A stretch of 64,000 nt of DNA from Octopus sinensis (taxonomy: Eukaryota), in contig NC_043013.1 in the NCBI RefSeq assembly GCF_006345805.1, forward strand, positions 17,918,001 to 17,982,000, written 5' to 3'. Made by a program: the position numbers and the translations under genes. The notes under the pieces are model-generated. The model saw nothing but the letters and a program-made list of their open reading frames with translations, did not search any database and was not told where the DNA came from. The number at the start of each line of letters is the position of its first letter. The first letter of the stretch is position 1. Shown in pieces: positions 25,006 through 36,661 of the stretch.

Positions 25006-26280
25006 TCATCTTAATTCCATTTGTTCACGAGTATAGGCGTCCAAAACTATGGTACAAATTCTTTTCGCTAGATTATAAGGTATATTCATTTTTATGTGTT
25101 TGGGGTAGCATGAGCTGAATAATAGGTATTGTTTAGAATCTGTGGGTTTATAGAAGATGTCTGTTTCAATGTGGTTATTGACTATTTTAATTAGGATGTC
25201 AAGAAAAGGGAGTTGTTTACTGCTGTGCTCCATGGTGAATTGTATGTTGCTATTAATATTGTTAAGCATTATTTTGAAATCGAGGAGTTTGTCCATGCTG
25301 TCTTTCCAAAGTATAAAGCAATCATCCAAATACCTCTTCCAGTTCTCCTTTAAATAGCAATGAAATGAGGTGCCATATTTTTGTAGTGATGATTGATATA
25401 ACTTAAGCTCTAGGTAACCCATTACAAGGTTCGCAATCACTGGAGCAGCTCAGGTTCCCATTGCAATTCCACATTTTTGTTGAGAGTAAACTGAATAGTT
25501 GTTCAGTAGGATGAATTTGAGTGCTGCAGTTATGAACCTGTGATCTTTTCTGGGTATTTTTCTAGCCAGAAGGTTATTGCTTCTATACCATAGTCATGTG
25601 GGATATTGGTGTACAAATTCACCACATCAAATGATACTAACAGGGTTCCTTCCTTTATTCTCTTCGGGAGGTGGTTCAGCATGTCTAAGTCATCCTTGAT
25701 GGGGCTTTTTATATATTTTAGAAACGGTATGAGTAAGATGTCGAGGAAGTTGCTCAAACGGTGGGCTTGACAAGCAGGTCCAGCAATGATGGGTCTCAGT
25801 TTGAGGTCAGTGGGGGGAGGAACATTAATGAATAGCTTTACAAATATGTAGATTTTTGTGTATTTTAGGTAATCCGTAGAATAGACTAGGTCTATTTAAA
25901 ATTGGATAGTCTATTTCATGTTTAGTGAGACCCTTTCCATGTATTTGAAGTAAGGAGGATAAGTTTTTAAGTGTCTTCTGTGGGTTGTATTGTTCTATCT
26001 TCTCATAGTAAATATTATTTTCCAACATGGAAATTTTTGTAGTACTCTGTGTCCATCACCACTACCGCACTTCCTTTGTCGGCTTCTTTAATGGTCAGGT
26101 TTATATAATTTTTTAACTTGATTAGGTCTTTCTATTCATTGCATTGAGGTTGGATTTAATTTGTTGTTTTTGTAGGGTACTAAAAGGAAAACTAGTAATG
26201 TGTTCACAAAAAGCATCAAGTGCTTTATTTCTGCCTTTTGTAGGACAGTATTCACTTTTGTTTTTTACTATTGAGTCATC
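25006..26280 (-). mobile_element. Penelope-like element reverse transcriptase region
   Basis: ORFs carry LLVSFDVVNLYTNIP, IANLVMGYLE, WKRYLDDCFILW, LPFLDILI and DIFYKPTDSKQYL. The frame is disrupted. Confidence 0.9.
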
Positions 26281-26907
26281 TTCGCTCATATATATATATA
26301 TATATATATATCAATATCAGTGTAGGGCCTCACAGAGGCAACGTGGCTGAGTTCCTTTCGAGTGTTGGGCCTCACAAGACTTTTGGCATTATGTTGTGCT
26401 TGAGAAGAAAGCCCATCAAGCTGAGCAAAATCACAGTTGTGGCAGATAAACGTGTCATGCAAATGGCACCCATGCTGGTGGCATGTTAAAGCACCCATTA
26501 CACTCTTGGAGTGGTTGGTGTTAGGAAGGGCATCCAGGCATAGAAAATCATGCCAAATCAGACTGTAGTCTCATGCAGCCTTCTAACTTAGCAGCAACGG
26601 TCAAACCGTCCAACCCATGGAGAACAGACATTAAATGATGATGATGATATCATTGAGTAAGTGTTAGTATTTAATATATGCAAATGTATTCTTTGAACAA
26701 TGAATAAATATATTATTTATAGAGAAATAAATTATTATTGTAGATACAAAGAGGTTAAGAGAGAGAGAGAAAAGTTTAAAAAATTAAAATAAAATGCATT
26801 AATATTAAACACATACACAGTGTATATCTGAGTGAAAACCAGTAGCAGACATGATGCTTTAAAAAAATATATGTTCATCCCCACCTTCACTTCCACATGT
26901 TGACAGT

Positions 26908-28353
26908 TTATTTGTAGGGAATAAGCTGACATGGTCGTATTGTCTGTTTTGTGAACTTAGGTGTTTGTGATGTCTCACCAGTGGAAAGATTGGCAGTTTT
27001 GGCAAACGAAAGATTTCGTGTAGTTGAAGATATGTTGAGAGAACGGTTGGAAACAGAGGAAGAAGAAAATGGTGAAGAACGAAATGAAGAATGGAGAGAC
27101 ACTGGTGATTCCCATTGGAAAAAATTACAAGGTTCAACTGGGTTCCCACTTTTCCTTTTACTTTTTGATCTTGTCTTCAAGGGGCAAGTGTAAAAATGCC
27201 GTCCCATATTGAGACCTGGCTTTTGGCAGAGGCGCAACATTGAGCGGCAACCACATTTACATAAAGGTGGTGTGGCTTTCATTGATTTACTGAGTGAACA
27301 GTCTTTATTTACATTTGGTGTGATATTTCTTGAACTTTTATTCAATGACGTATCACAGACATTAGGAATTACTGTCATATTGGTGATTTCCTTAATGGCG
27401 AAATTTGTGAATTTTTTATTTGAATATTTGAAAGTTAGTGGCGTCTCGAAAGGTTTGATTGAAGTTAAGTTGGAGCATGAAGAATTTGCTTTTGTTTGTA
27501 ATTTGACTTCTTGATTATTTGAGGAGTGTTCTCGTGAATTATTTGTCCTTTTGTTAATATTCTTGCAATTTTCTGGAACTTTAGAAGAATTCCAGTCTCG
27601 TTTTGAATTGTTCAAATCAATATAAACAGGAAAGTTTTTGCTTTTTTCTGAGAAACATGATGAATATTTTATTCCAGTAAATCCATTTGAGGAAGAGCTA
27701 GATGCTCCACCATTTAAGGAAGTATTAGATGCCACACTCTTTGAAGAAGAGCTTGAAACTTCAACAGTTGAGGTAGAGTCTGATGTCACAAAAGAGGAAA
27801 AGCTACATGTTCCCCTCTTTGAGGAAGAGCTTAATGCCCCATCATCTAAGGAAGTGCTAGATGCAACAAAAGTTGAGGTAAAACCATTACTTTTATTGAG
27901 ACCTAAATTGCTTCTGCCAAGACTAACATTACTTTTGTCGGAACCTGGATTTCTTTTGGAGAGATCTATATATTTTGCATATGATCCAGTTCCTGACGAT
28001 GATGATAGGTTATTTATGAAAGATTTTGCAGGAACAGTAGGCACATGCTTAGTAAATTCCTGAAATTGGGCTCTGGGTGTGTTAAATTGTGGCTTGTTCT
28101 GATGTAAAGTATTAACAATGTGAAACTTATCCAAAGAAGAAGCTTCCATAACAGGCAAAGGCTGTTTAAAAATATCATCTTTGCTGTTGCTATTATTACA
28201 ATTCTTGTTGTTGTTGTTATTATTATTATTATTATTATTATTACCACCACCAGAGATCTTAGTTTGTGCAGTATGTAGTGTGACAGTCTTTTGCTTTTCT
28301 TTGGTTAGAGTAAAACTGTTGATATTTTTATTTGGCACTGAGGACTTTGGATT
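26908..28353 (-). CDS. ERI2: ERI2 exon 9 (long low-complexity tail plus GRF zinc finger, stop)
   Basis: Acceptor TTACCATTTCAG, phase 0, 1446 nt. GRF motif PPLCKCGCRS...GRHFYTCP...CNFFQWE matches the recalled human ERI2 TPPLCKCGRRS...GKVFYCCP...CGYFKWE. Confidence 0.9.
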   Translation of the reverse strand, partial: NPKSSVPNKNINSFTLTKEKQKTVTLHTAQTKISGGGNNNNNNNNNNNNKNCNNSNSKDDIFKQPLPVMEASSLDKFHIVNTLHQNKPQFNTPRAQFQEFTKHVPTVPAKSFINNLSSSSGTGSYAKYIDLSKRNPGSDKSNVSLGRSNLGLNKSNGFTSTFVASSTSLDDGALSSSSKRGTCSFSSFVTSDSTSTVEVSSSSSKSVASNTSLNGGASSSSSNGFTGIKYSSCFSEKSKNFPVYIDLNNSKRDWNSSKVPENCKNINKRTNNSREHSSNNQEVKLQTKANSSCSNLTSIKPFETPLTFKYSNKKFTNFAIKEITNMTVIPNVCDTSLNKSSRNITPNVNKDCSLSKSMKATPPLCKCGCRSMLRLCQKPGLNMGRHFYTCPLKTRSKSKRKSGNPVEPCNFFQWESPVSLHSSFRSSPFSSSSVSNRSLNISSTTRNLSFAKTANLSTGETSQTPKFTKQTIRPCQLIPYK

Positions 28354-28549
28354 CTGAAATGGTAAAAGATAATCGGTATAAATCAAAACAAGTCATACAT
28401 GAAACAATATTTCTAGCAGTAGATATTTTCTGAGAAATTAGACTCCAACTCCAGGAACCAAAAATAATATATTCATCCCAATATAGACATACATACTGAT
28501 AAACACACTAACATTGATACATACACCAATGATAATATTAATACAAATC

Positions 28550-28805
28550 ATCATCATCGTTTAACGTCCGTTTTCCATGCTAGCATGGGTTGGACGGTTC
28601 AACTGGGGTCTGGGAAGCCAGGAGGCTGCACCAGGCCCAGTCTGATCTGGCAGTGTTTCTACAGCTGGATGCTCTTCCTAACGCCAACCACTCCGAGAGT
28701 GTAGTGGGTGCTTTTTATGTGCCACCTGCACAGGTGCCAGACGAGGCTGGCAAACGGCCACAATCGGATGGTGCTTTTTACGTGCCACCGGCACGGGGGC
28801 CAGAC
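28550..28805 (-). mobile_element. SINE family C ((GAT)n tail, internal tandem units); other copies at about 32363-32700, 38028-38290, 40828-41370, 49935-50135, 61296-61975
   Basis: Copies share CATCATCATCGTTTAACGTCCGTTTTCCATGCTAGCATGGGTTGGACG...GGATGCCCTTCCTAACGCCAACC. Confidence 0.8.
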
Positions 28806-29199
28806 GATAATATTAATACAAATACATACTAAAATTTATTTCAAATTTTGGCACAAGGCCAGCAATTTTATGGAGGTGGGCAAGTCAATTATATTGACTC
28901 CTATATACTTGACTAATACTTTATTGACCACGGTAGGATTTGAACTCAAAGCAGAATCAGAAGAACTGCGGCTAAGCATTTTACTCAATGTGCTAATGAT
29001 TCAGCTAGCTTGCTGCCTTCATACATACTAATATTAATACCAATATTTACATTAATATTAATACATCATCATTAAAATCCGTTTTCCAATACATACCTAC
29101 AATATGCAGTTGATACATTTCACTTGCAATATTTTCTTCATCTTCTAGCACAACAGATACAAGCCTATATATCTCTATCTATATAATATTTTATATATA

Positions 29200-29588
29200 T
29201 AGATAAATGATAGAAAATGGGACGAATGACATTCTTTATTTAAAATCACTACAATTGTTTCAACATATTTTTACACCTTTAGTACATTGAGGAGGTGTTG
29301 TGTAATCATTATCATACATCCAAGGTGTAAAATGCACCTCCTCAAGTGATTGTTTAAGATAAGTTCTTTGTTAGATCCTCATCATTTCACAAAAGCTAAT
29401 ATCATAGAGTGAAATGACGAAAGGATCTAATGAAGGAGTTATTTAAACAATCACCTGAGGAGGCACATTTTAAACCTTGAATGTATGATAATGATTACAC
29501 AACATTATATACTGTAAAAATATGTTGAAACAATTGTAGTGATTTTAAATAAAGAATGTAATTCATCCCATTTTCTATCATTTATCTA
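29200..29588. repeat. Long foldback palindrome in ERI2 intron 8
   Basis: TAGATAAATGATAGAAAATGGG... pairs with ...CCCATTTTCTATCATTTATCTA. Arms are about 185 bp with a loop of about 16 nt near 29390. Confidence 0.92.
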
Positions 29589-29682
29589 TTTATATAATCT
29601 CTATGGAATTCCTGATGTATATTAAGTAGCATTCTACAGGGTTTTTACCTGAACTTTATTTAACTATATATATATATATATA

Positions 29683-29714
<32 letters not shown>

Positions 29715-31039
29715 AAACAAACATTGACTGACTGAAATATTGTATAAAAGCAACCAATGACAGTCTTCAGTGATACAAACATCATTGAACATAATAATTG
29801 TTTTGTTCACATCAGTACAATATCACACATTAGGGGAAAGGACAGAATCAATTAAATTAAACTCAGCATATTACTGGTACTTATTAGGGCTTTCCTCTGC
29901 CAGAATATGAAGGAAACACAACACCACAAAGGAAAGGTTCCAACAGCTTCTGCTGCCATTGTCTTCCCCTAGATATTTCTCTGGTGAACCAGTTTGTGAT
30001 GTCTGTTGTTTTTTCCCAATCAATTTCAAGCAAACATCAAAATACACTTAAAATGAGTTAGCTGCTGATCATAAACAGACCCACGACCTAACACAATGTC
30101 CAATAATTCATTTGCGATCAGTAAAATACCTCACAATATTTGCTTTTTTCTTTGTTTACCCTCTCTCTCTCTCCCTTTTTAATGATCCCTTACTCATACT
30201 TACCAAAAAAATATAATAAAGGGTTTGTTTAGTTCTACTTTAGTATGAGAGCCAGTTTGTTTTATATATACATATGGGTGCCTTTAAATGTTCCAACTGA
30301 AGAGGGCATTTGTTATCTCAGTGCCCTGGTTTTCATATGACCTCCATTCTAACGGGAAAATGAATCACAAAATGTTATTTAGACAAATGGAATTGTTTCA
30401 TGGAATGCAAAAACCACACACAAAAAAGTCAATATTTCTTTATTGAGAACAATTTCCTGTTTCCTCTCAAGTTAACACAGACTAGAAATAGGACAATTTC
30501 AGGTGAGTGATGGTTCTACAAATTACTAGAACAACGGGTTATATAGCTGGATGAAATATGATAAGCTTGTTCAACCAGGACTGACCTAGGGTTAAACAAC
30601 TAAGCTTTATAAAATTCTAAACCTACTATTATTACTACTACTACGTGAACGGTTTAACCAGGGCTGGTAAGCTGGAAGGCTGTACCAGACTCCTGTCTGA
30701 TTTGGCATGGTTTTCTACAGCTGGATTCCCTACCTAATGCCATCCACTCCTAGAGTCTAATGGGTGCTTTTACGTGCCATTTGCGTGACACCAGTATCTG
30801 CCATGATTGTGATTTTGCTTGGCTTGATGGGTCTTCTTCTCAAGCACAACATAATGCCAAAGGTCTTGGTCATTGCTTCCGTGAGGCCCAACACTTGAAA
30901 GGAACTCAGCCACTTTGCCTCCGTGAGGCCCAACGCTTGAATGGTGCTCCTTATGTGACACCAACATCAGCTATGGCTATGATTTCACTTGGCTTGACGG
31001 GTCTTCTCAAGCGCAACATACTGTCAAAGGTCTGTCACT

Positions 31040-31370
31040 AGTCATTGCTTCTGTGAGGCTCAAAGTTGGAAGATCATGCTTCACCACTTCTTCCTGGGTC
31101 TACCTCTTCCACAGATTCCTGGCCACAGTTAGAGATCAGCACTTCTTTACACAGCTGTTCTCGTCCACATGCATCACATGACTATACCAGTGCAGTCGTC
31201 TCTCTTGCACAGCACATTTGATGCCTCTTATGCCTAACTTTTCTCTCAAGATGCTTACACTCTGTCGAACATGCACACTGACATTGCACATCCAGCGAAG
31301 CATACCGGCTTCATTTCTTTCAAGCCTACGCAGGTCCTTGGCTGTCACAGCTCATGTTTCACTGCCATCT
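31040..31370 (-). mobile_element. RTE LINE 3' fragment
   Basis: ORF 31136-31348 reads RRLERNEAGMLRWMCNVSVHVRQSVSILREKLGIRGIKCAVQERRLHWYSHV. Confidence 0.85.
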
Positions 31371-31814
31371 AGCATAGGTGTAATATCAAAATGCAATAAC
31401 AACTGACAACAAAATGAAAAAAGTACTTTGTTAATCAGCATTAAGTTCTCTTTGGCATAATAACATTTATTAATTCTAAAATGTGTGTGAGAGAGATAGA
31501 TAAATAGATAGATAGAAAGAGAGAGAGGAGTAGGTCAATAATAGTGCAGGTACTTGTTTCACTCTGTACTGTAGCTAAGTGAAGGGATGTGGTTTAGTAG
31601 TTATGGTAATCGCCTCAAGTTCATGAGGTTGTGAGTTCAATTCCTGGTGGCACATTGTGTTCTTGAGCAAGACATTTTATTTCATGCTACACCAGTCCAC
31701 TCAGCTGGCAAAAATGAGTTGTACGTGCATTTCAAAGGGCCAGCCATGTAACATTCTGTGTCACACTGAATCTCCCTGAGGAAAACATTAAGGGCACATG
31801 TGTCTGTACCCTTA

Positions 31815-32046
31815 AGGTGGTGAGCTGGCAGAAACGCTAGCACGCCGGGCGAAATGCTTAGGGGTATTTCGTCTGCCATTACATTGAGAGTTCAAATTCC
31901 GCCGAGGTCAACTTTGCCTTTCATCCTTTCGGGGTCGATAAATTAAGTACCAGTTATGCACTGGGGTCGATGTAATCGACTTAATCCCTTAGTATATCCT
32001 TGTTTGTCCCCTCTATGTTTAGCCCCTTGTGGGCAATAAAGAAATA
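31815..32046 (+). mobile_element. tRNA-derived SINE family B; other copies at about 1890-2070, 39000-39130, 45800-46110 (-), 53680-54078, 55225-55750, 59435-59645
   Basis: Head GGTGAGCTGGCAGAAACG, B-box-like GAGTTCAAATTCC and body GGTCGACTTTGCCTTTCATCCTTTCGGGGTCGATAAATTAAGTACC. Confidence 0.85.
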
Positions 32047-32931
32047 GGTACATGTGACTGTAGTGTGCTCAGCCACTTGCACAATAATTTCATGAGCAGG
32101 CCGTTCCGTTGATTGGATCAACTGGAACCATTGTAATCCACGGAGTTCCAGGGTCACTAGCTTAAAGGTTTTTTTTATTTGTCAAACAAATCAACCCCAG
32201 TACTTATTCATTTATAAGTTTGGTACTTATTCTATCAGACTCTTTTGCTGAACCACTAAGTTATGGGAACATAAACAAACCAACGCCTGTTGTTAAGCAG
32301 TGTAATGCACGGACAAATGCAGACACACGTGTTTATATATATGACAAGCTTCCACGTAGTATCATCATCATTTAACGTCCGTTTTCCATGCTAGCATGGG
32401 TTGGACAGTTCGACCGGGGTCTGGTAAGCCATGGAGGCTGCACCAGGATCCAGTCTGATCTGGCAGTATTTCTACAGTTGGATGCCCTTCCTAACACCAA
32501 CCACTCCATGAGTGTAGTGGGTGCTTTTGATGTTCCACTGGCATAGGGGCCAGAGCAGGCTGGCAAACGGCCACGATCTTTGGTGCTTTTACGTGTCACC
32601 GACACGGACGCCACCCAGGTGGCGCTGGCATTTGCCAAGTTCGGATGGTGCTTTTTATGTGTCACCAGCACGGGTGTCTTAACTACAATTTCCATTTGAA
32701 TTTCCATCTACCATATTCATTCATGAGGCATTGGTCAGCCCTGGGCTATGGGAGGAGACACTAGTCCAAGGTGATGTGCAGTAGGACTGAAACTGAAACC
32801 GTGTGGTTGCAAACCGAGCTTCTTAACCACCCAGCCATGCCTGTGCCTATAATAGAGAAAAGATAAAAAAAAAAAAGAACAGTGACATCTATCAGTATTT
32901 AATGTATCTTGAAAAATTATTTTAAATATAC

Positions 32932-33020
32932 CTCTGACAGAGTTTTAGTTATTTTCATTAAGCATCCATCTTGGATCATTTTCCAGGCCAGACATGCTGT
33001 ATTTCTGGCATCATCCAAAC
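32932..33020 (-). CDS. ERI2: ERI2 exon 8
   Basis: (G)LDDARNTACLAWKMIQDGCLMKITKTLSE, containing the final catalytic Asp. AG acceptor, donor GTATAT, phases consistent. Confidence 0.92.
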
Positions 33021-33071
33021 CTTAACAAATAAGACAACAGAAAGATGATGGTGGTGGTGGTGGTGGTGTGC

Positions 33072-33202
33072 TTGTATTAACTTAACTATGATTTTCTATG
33101 GTAAATTTATGAAGTTGTACATAGATATTGTTATGAAGGAGAGAATAAGTTATGTTTGTATTAACTTAACTATGATTTTCTACAGTAAATTTGTGAAGTT
33201 GT
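33072..33202. repeat. 47-bp direct repeat pair
   Basis: TTGTATTAACTTAACTATGATTTTCTA..GTAAATTT.TGAAGTTGT at 33072 and 33156. Confidence 0.85.
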
Positions 33203-34070
33203 TTAGTTTTCTGTGCAATAATTACATAATATTGTTTAGCCTTTTGTGAAATCACTCTGTAATATTGCATCATGTTAGAGTGTCACAGAAAATTCCAGAA
33301 TTATGTCATGTGATAAATGACATGTCTCACATGGTCAGATGATGTATGGTGGGAGGAGGGGGGCTTACCAAGCAGCCAGAAAGCTGATTGGTTAAGAATA
33401 AAGTTCTAGAAGTTTTGAAGACACCTAGCTGTGCATGACTTCTTCTTCTTCTTCTCAGGGCAAGCTGGCTTTCTGGGCTAGTCTCTGGTCTTTCTGCTGC
33501 TAACTTTTGCTGGTGGAGCTGTGTTGACACAGAAGGGAGGCCACGTTTTGCAACAGTATATCATGTCTCAGGTAAGAAAGGATTTCAGCAGAAATACCTT
33601 TGATCATAGGTTTACTTGATCAGACCTGATCAGGTGATAAACAAGGACTCCTACATGGTTTCTGACCCTATAGAAATAGCAGCTGAATGTCATCCAAATC
33701 TCATCTTACTGCCTTTAAATAAAAGAGTTTTGACACTGTTGGAATATTTTTAATCACAGGCCAACAGGTTCAGAGTTGCTAAACAACACCAACAATGAGG
33801 AAGTTTCATCATGGTCACTTCACACTGTAAGAGATAGCAGCTAAATCTTCCTTAAATCACAGTTTACTATTAAAAAAAACAACAAAAAAAAAACAAAAAA
33901 CAGGAAGTCTCACATACACTATGTCTAAGTAAAAGGCAGGACGATTAGAACATCTTTGATCCAAGCTCTAGAAGAATGAGACTGATTGTTCGTTAAACAA
34001 CAAGAATGGCCTACATTAAAAGTGTGTGGAAGCATATTTCAAAGGATAAATTTGTAGAGGAATGCTTCAC

Positions 34071-34152
34071 CTGAGTGTTGTCGTCCTTGGAATGAAATAC
34101 CGAGTTCTTGGAGAGCACCATTTAAACCATTAGGTTTTCTGCTGTAGAAATT
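34071..34152 (-). CDS. ERI2: ERI2 exon 7
   Basis: NFYSRKPNGLNGALQELGISFQGRQHS(G), containing the catalytic His. TTTTCAG acceptor, GTGAAG donor. Confidence 0.93.
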
Positions 34153-35554
34153 CTGAAAATGAATATTTCAAAAGTGAAAGATTTTTTTTAAAGAAAAGCA
34201 AAGGAAGGAACAGATCCTTGACTTGGTGCAACAAAGAGTTTACCAGTGGTTTGTTTCATTGAACTGTGTGCTCATTGGTTTGGAGTGTAAGTGACTGAGT
34301 ATTCCACAGACATGTGTACTGTCAGGTAGAATTAGCATAACACTATGTGACAAGGTTGTATATGCATGTGTGTGTGTGTGTGTTTATGTATGCATGTATT
34401 TATATATTTCTATTCAAAAGCTGAATTATTCTTCAGCCCATTAGAACAAATAGTTTCTCCATAAATGGTTCTTCAGGCAATGATTTGAAAGAATTTATCC
34501 CTAGGTATCATTATTACTAACCTTTCTTGTGTATCTGCCACATATGAAGAATTTAAAAGACTACATGTATTACAAGTAAAATATGAAGGATATATTGTTC
34601 TCCTCATGGGCTTTTAGCAATTCTAAGGACAAATGTGAACTTAGATTGACGCCAATCAAAACTTTTTTTCCTTCCAGTTTTTTCAGATAAGGTAAGGCTA
34701 TGGTTGTAAACCAGTCACTGAAACTTTCAAGATCAAACCAGCCCGACTTACTTCTGTTGTATCAGTCACCTTTTGGCCCACCGAGTGTCCACAAAATCTA
34801 TGATCAAAAGGTATTCCAGCTGAAACCATCTCATCTCTTTTGTATATCTAGGACTGTATTATCCAATGCATCACCCAACTTTTTAAGAGAGTAAGATGTC
34901 ATTTAAGGGCAATTTGGCTGCTTTTTCTTACAGATCCAGAACTGTATAGAGTCATCTTTGACTCATAGAACCATGATGTACTCCAAATCCATCCTGCCAA
35001 CAAGGGAAACTTCTATACAGCCACTCGACCTGCTAGAAATAGCAACCAAATCTCCTTCAAAGTACACTCTACTGTTGCAGTTCTTTTAACCACCAACATT
35101 TACAATTAACATGTACATATAGGCATAGGAATGGTTTTGTGGTGAGTAGCTTGCTTATCAACCACGTGGTTCTGGGTTCAGTCCCACTGCGTGGCACCTT
35201 GGGCAAGTGTCTTCTACTATATAGCCTTGGGCTGACCAAAGCCTTGTGAGTGGATTTGGTAGATGGAAACTGAAAGAAGCCCGTCATATACACACATATA
35301 TATATATACATACATGTATATGTTTGTCCTCCCAACATCGCTTGACAACCGATACTGGTGTGTTTACGTCCCTGTAACTTAGCGGTTCAGCAAAAGAGAC
35401 CGATAGAATAAGTACTAGGCATGCAAAGAATAAGTCCTGGGGTCAATTTGCTAAAGGCGGTGCTCCAGCATGGCTACAGTCAACTGACTGAAACAGGTAA
35501 AACAGTAATAGTGTGGTGGGGAAGGTGTGGCATTAAAACCAATAAATGTTTTAC

Positions 35555-35655
35555 CTTATATGTGGCCCTCAGATCAATCCATTGGTTCAATTCCACTGGT
35601 TTCCACAGCTGTTTACGGCGACATTCATTTCTCAGACACAATGATAGATCCCAAT
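35555..35655 (-). CDS. ERI2: ERI2 exon 6
   Basis: (D)WDLSLCLRNECRRKQLWKPVELNQWIDLRATYK. TGTAG acceptor, GTAAAA donor. Confidence 0.93.
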
Positions 35656-36065
35656 CTACAAAAGATAAATACAGAAACTGTCACTGCTGTTGTTGTTTAG
35701 CCCTAGGCCATTAGCCAGTGGAATGTAAAAGGCACCTGTGCCAGTGATACATAAAAGACACCAGCACACTCTGTGGAGTGGTTGGCATTAGGAAGAGCCT
35801 GCAGCTGTAGAACCCAGGCTAAAACAGACTGGAGCCTGTCTGTTTTGCAGCTCTCTGGCTTACCAGTCAAACCATCTAACCCATGCCAGCATAGAAAACA
35901 GATGTTAAATGATGATGATAATGATGATGTATGTGAGTTGAGAAAAGTTAAGATATTCTTGAAGATATGTGCTCAGGAGCAAAAGATCAGTATAGTTGTC
36001 TTGCTTTTTGATACCAACCTATTTGAAACTGCCCTTGGTTCAATAAGACAACCTTCCCATTTTAA

Positions 36066-36285
36066 CCCTTTCATTACTGTATTTATTTTGAGATGCTCTG
36101 TGGTTCTTTCACTTAATTTTAAATGTAACAAAGAATTTAGTAAAATAACAGGTATCATTCAGCTAGTGTTAGGAACATAAATTATGACTAAGGTTTGGTG
36201 GAGATTTTAATTCATAACTTATGAAAACAAGACATTTGTACTACAGAGCCAGAGGCAGTTTCAGCTGGGGTTGGTAACGAAAAGG
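36066..36285. mobile_element. piggyBac-type MITE flanked by TTAA
   Basis: TTAA|CCCTTTCATTAC ... GTAACGAAAAGG|TTAA, with TTAA at 36062-36065 and 36286-36289. Partial relatives lie at about 8740-8930 and 36295-36460. Confidence 0.8.
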
Positions 36286-36516
36286 TTAAAGGGATCTAAA
36301 TTAAAACCTTTCATCAAAAGTTAATGTTAATTTATGCTCTAATCACCAGCTTAATAATGACAAAAATATTTTAGTAAATTCTTCTGTATTTTCAAAATTA
36401 ATTGAAAGAAATGAAGTGCATTTCAATAGAGATTTGATAACAAAATGGTTAAGGGTGAAAAAAGGTGAGAAAAATGAAGACATCCAAAAAAAAAAAAAAA
36501 GAAAAACAGAATTTAC

Positions 36517-36661
36517 CTGACCAGGTAACAAAGGTAGTAAGGCCACTTTGGTCTTCTTGAATTGGAGAAAATTTGATTCCTTTTTCTCGACTAAGTTTCT
36601 TAAGCCAATCCTTAAATATTTTCAGGCACAATCTCAATGGAACTCCATTATCAACTTGATG
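36517..36661 (-). CDS. ERI2: ERI2 exon 5
   Basis: HQVDNGVPLRLCLKIFKDWL...LTTFVTWS. TTCCAG acceptor, GTAAAT donor, 145 nt. Confidence 0.93.

Noticed and set aside
27638-28063. 141-aa plus-strand ORF with FEEEL repeats (also 26951-27193 and 27209-27514)
   Set aside because: These are antisense shadows of the Ser-rich ERI2 terminal exon, with no independent splice or homology support.
28354-28386. ATG of the 492-aa ORF as a gene start
   Set aside because: The first 11 codons are intronic. The acceptor at 28354-28355 joins this exon in phase to exon 8.
29440-29480. CTGAGGAG and CTGACGA motifs (here and in the 5650 foldback) as hammerhead ribozyme cores
   Set aside because: There is no stem II followed by GAAA in the right position.
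34585-34593. ATATCCTTC on the minus strand (AT-AC U12 donor-like) in ERI2 intron 6
   Set aside because: Exons 6 and 7 join in frame via GT-AG and no coding exon precedes the motif, so it is probably chance.
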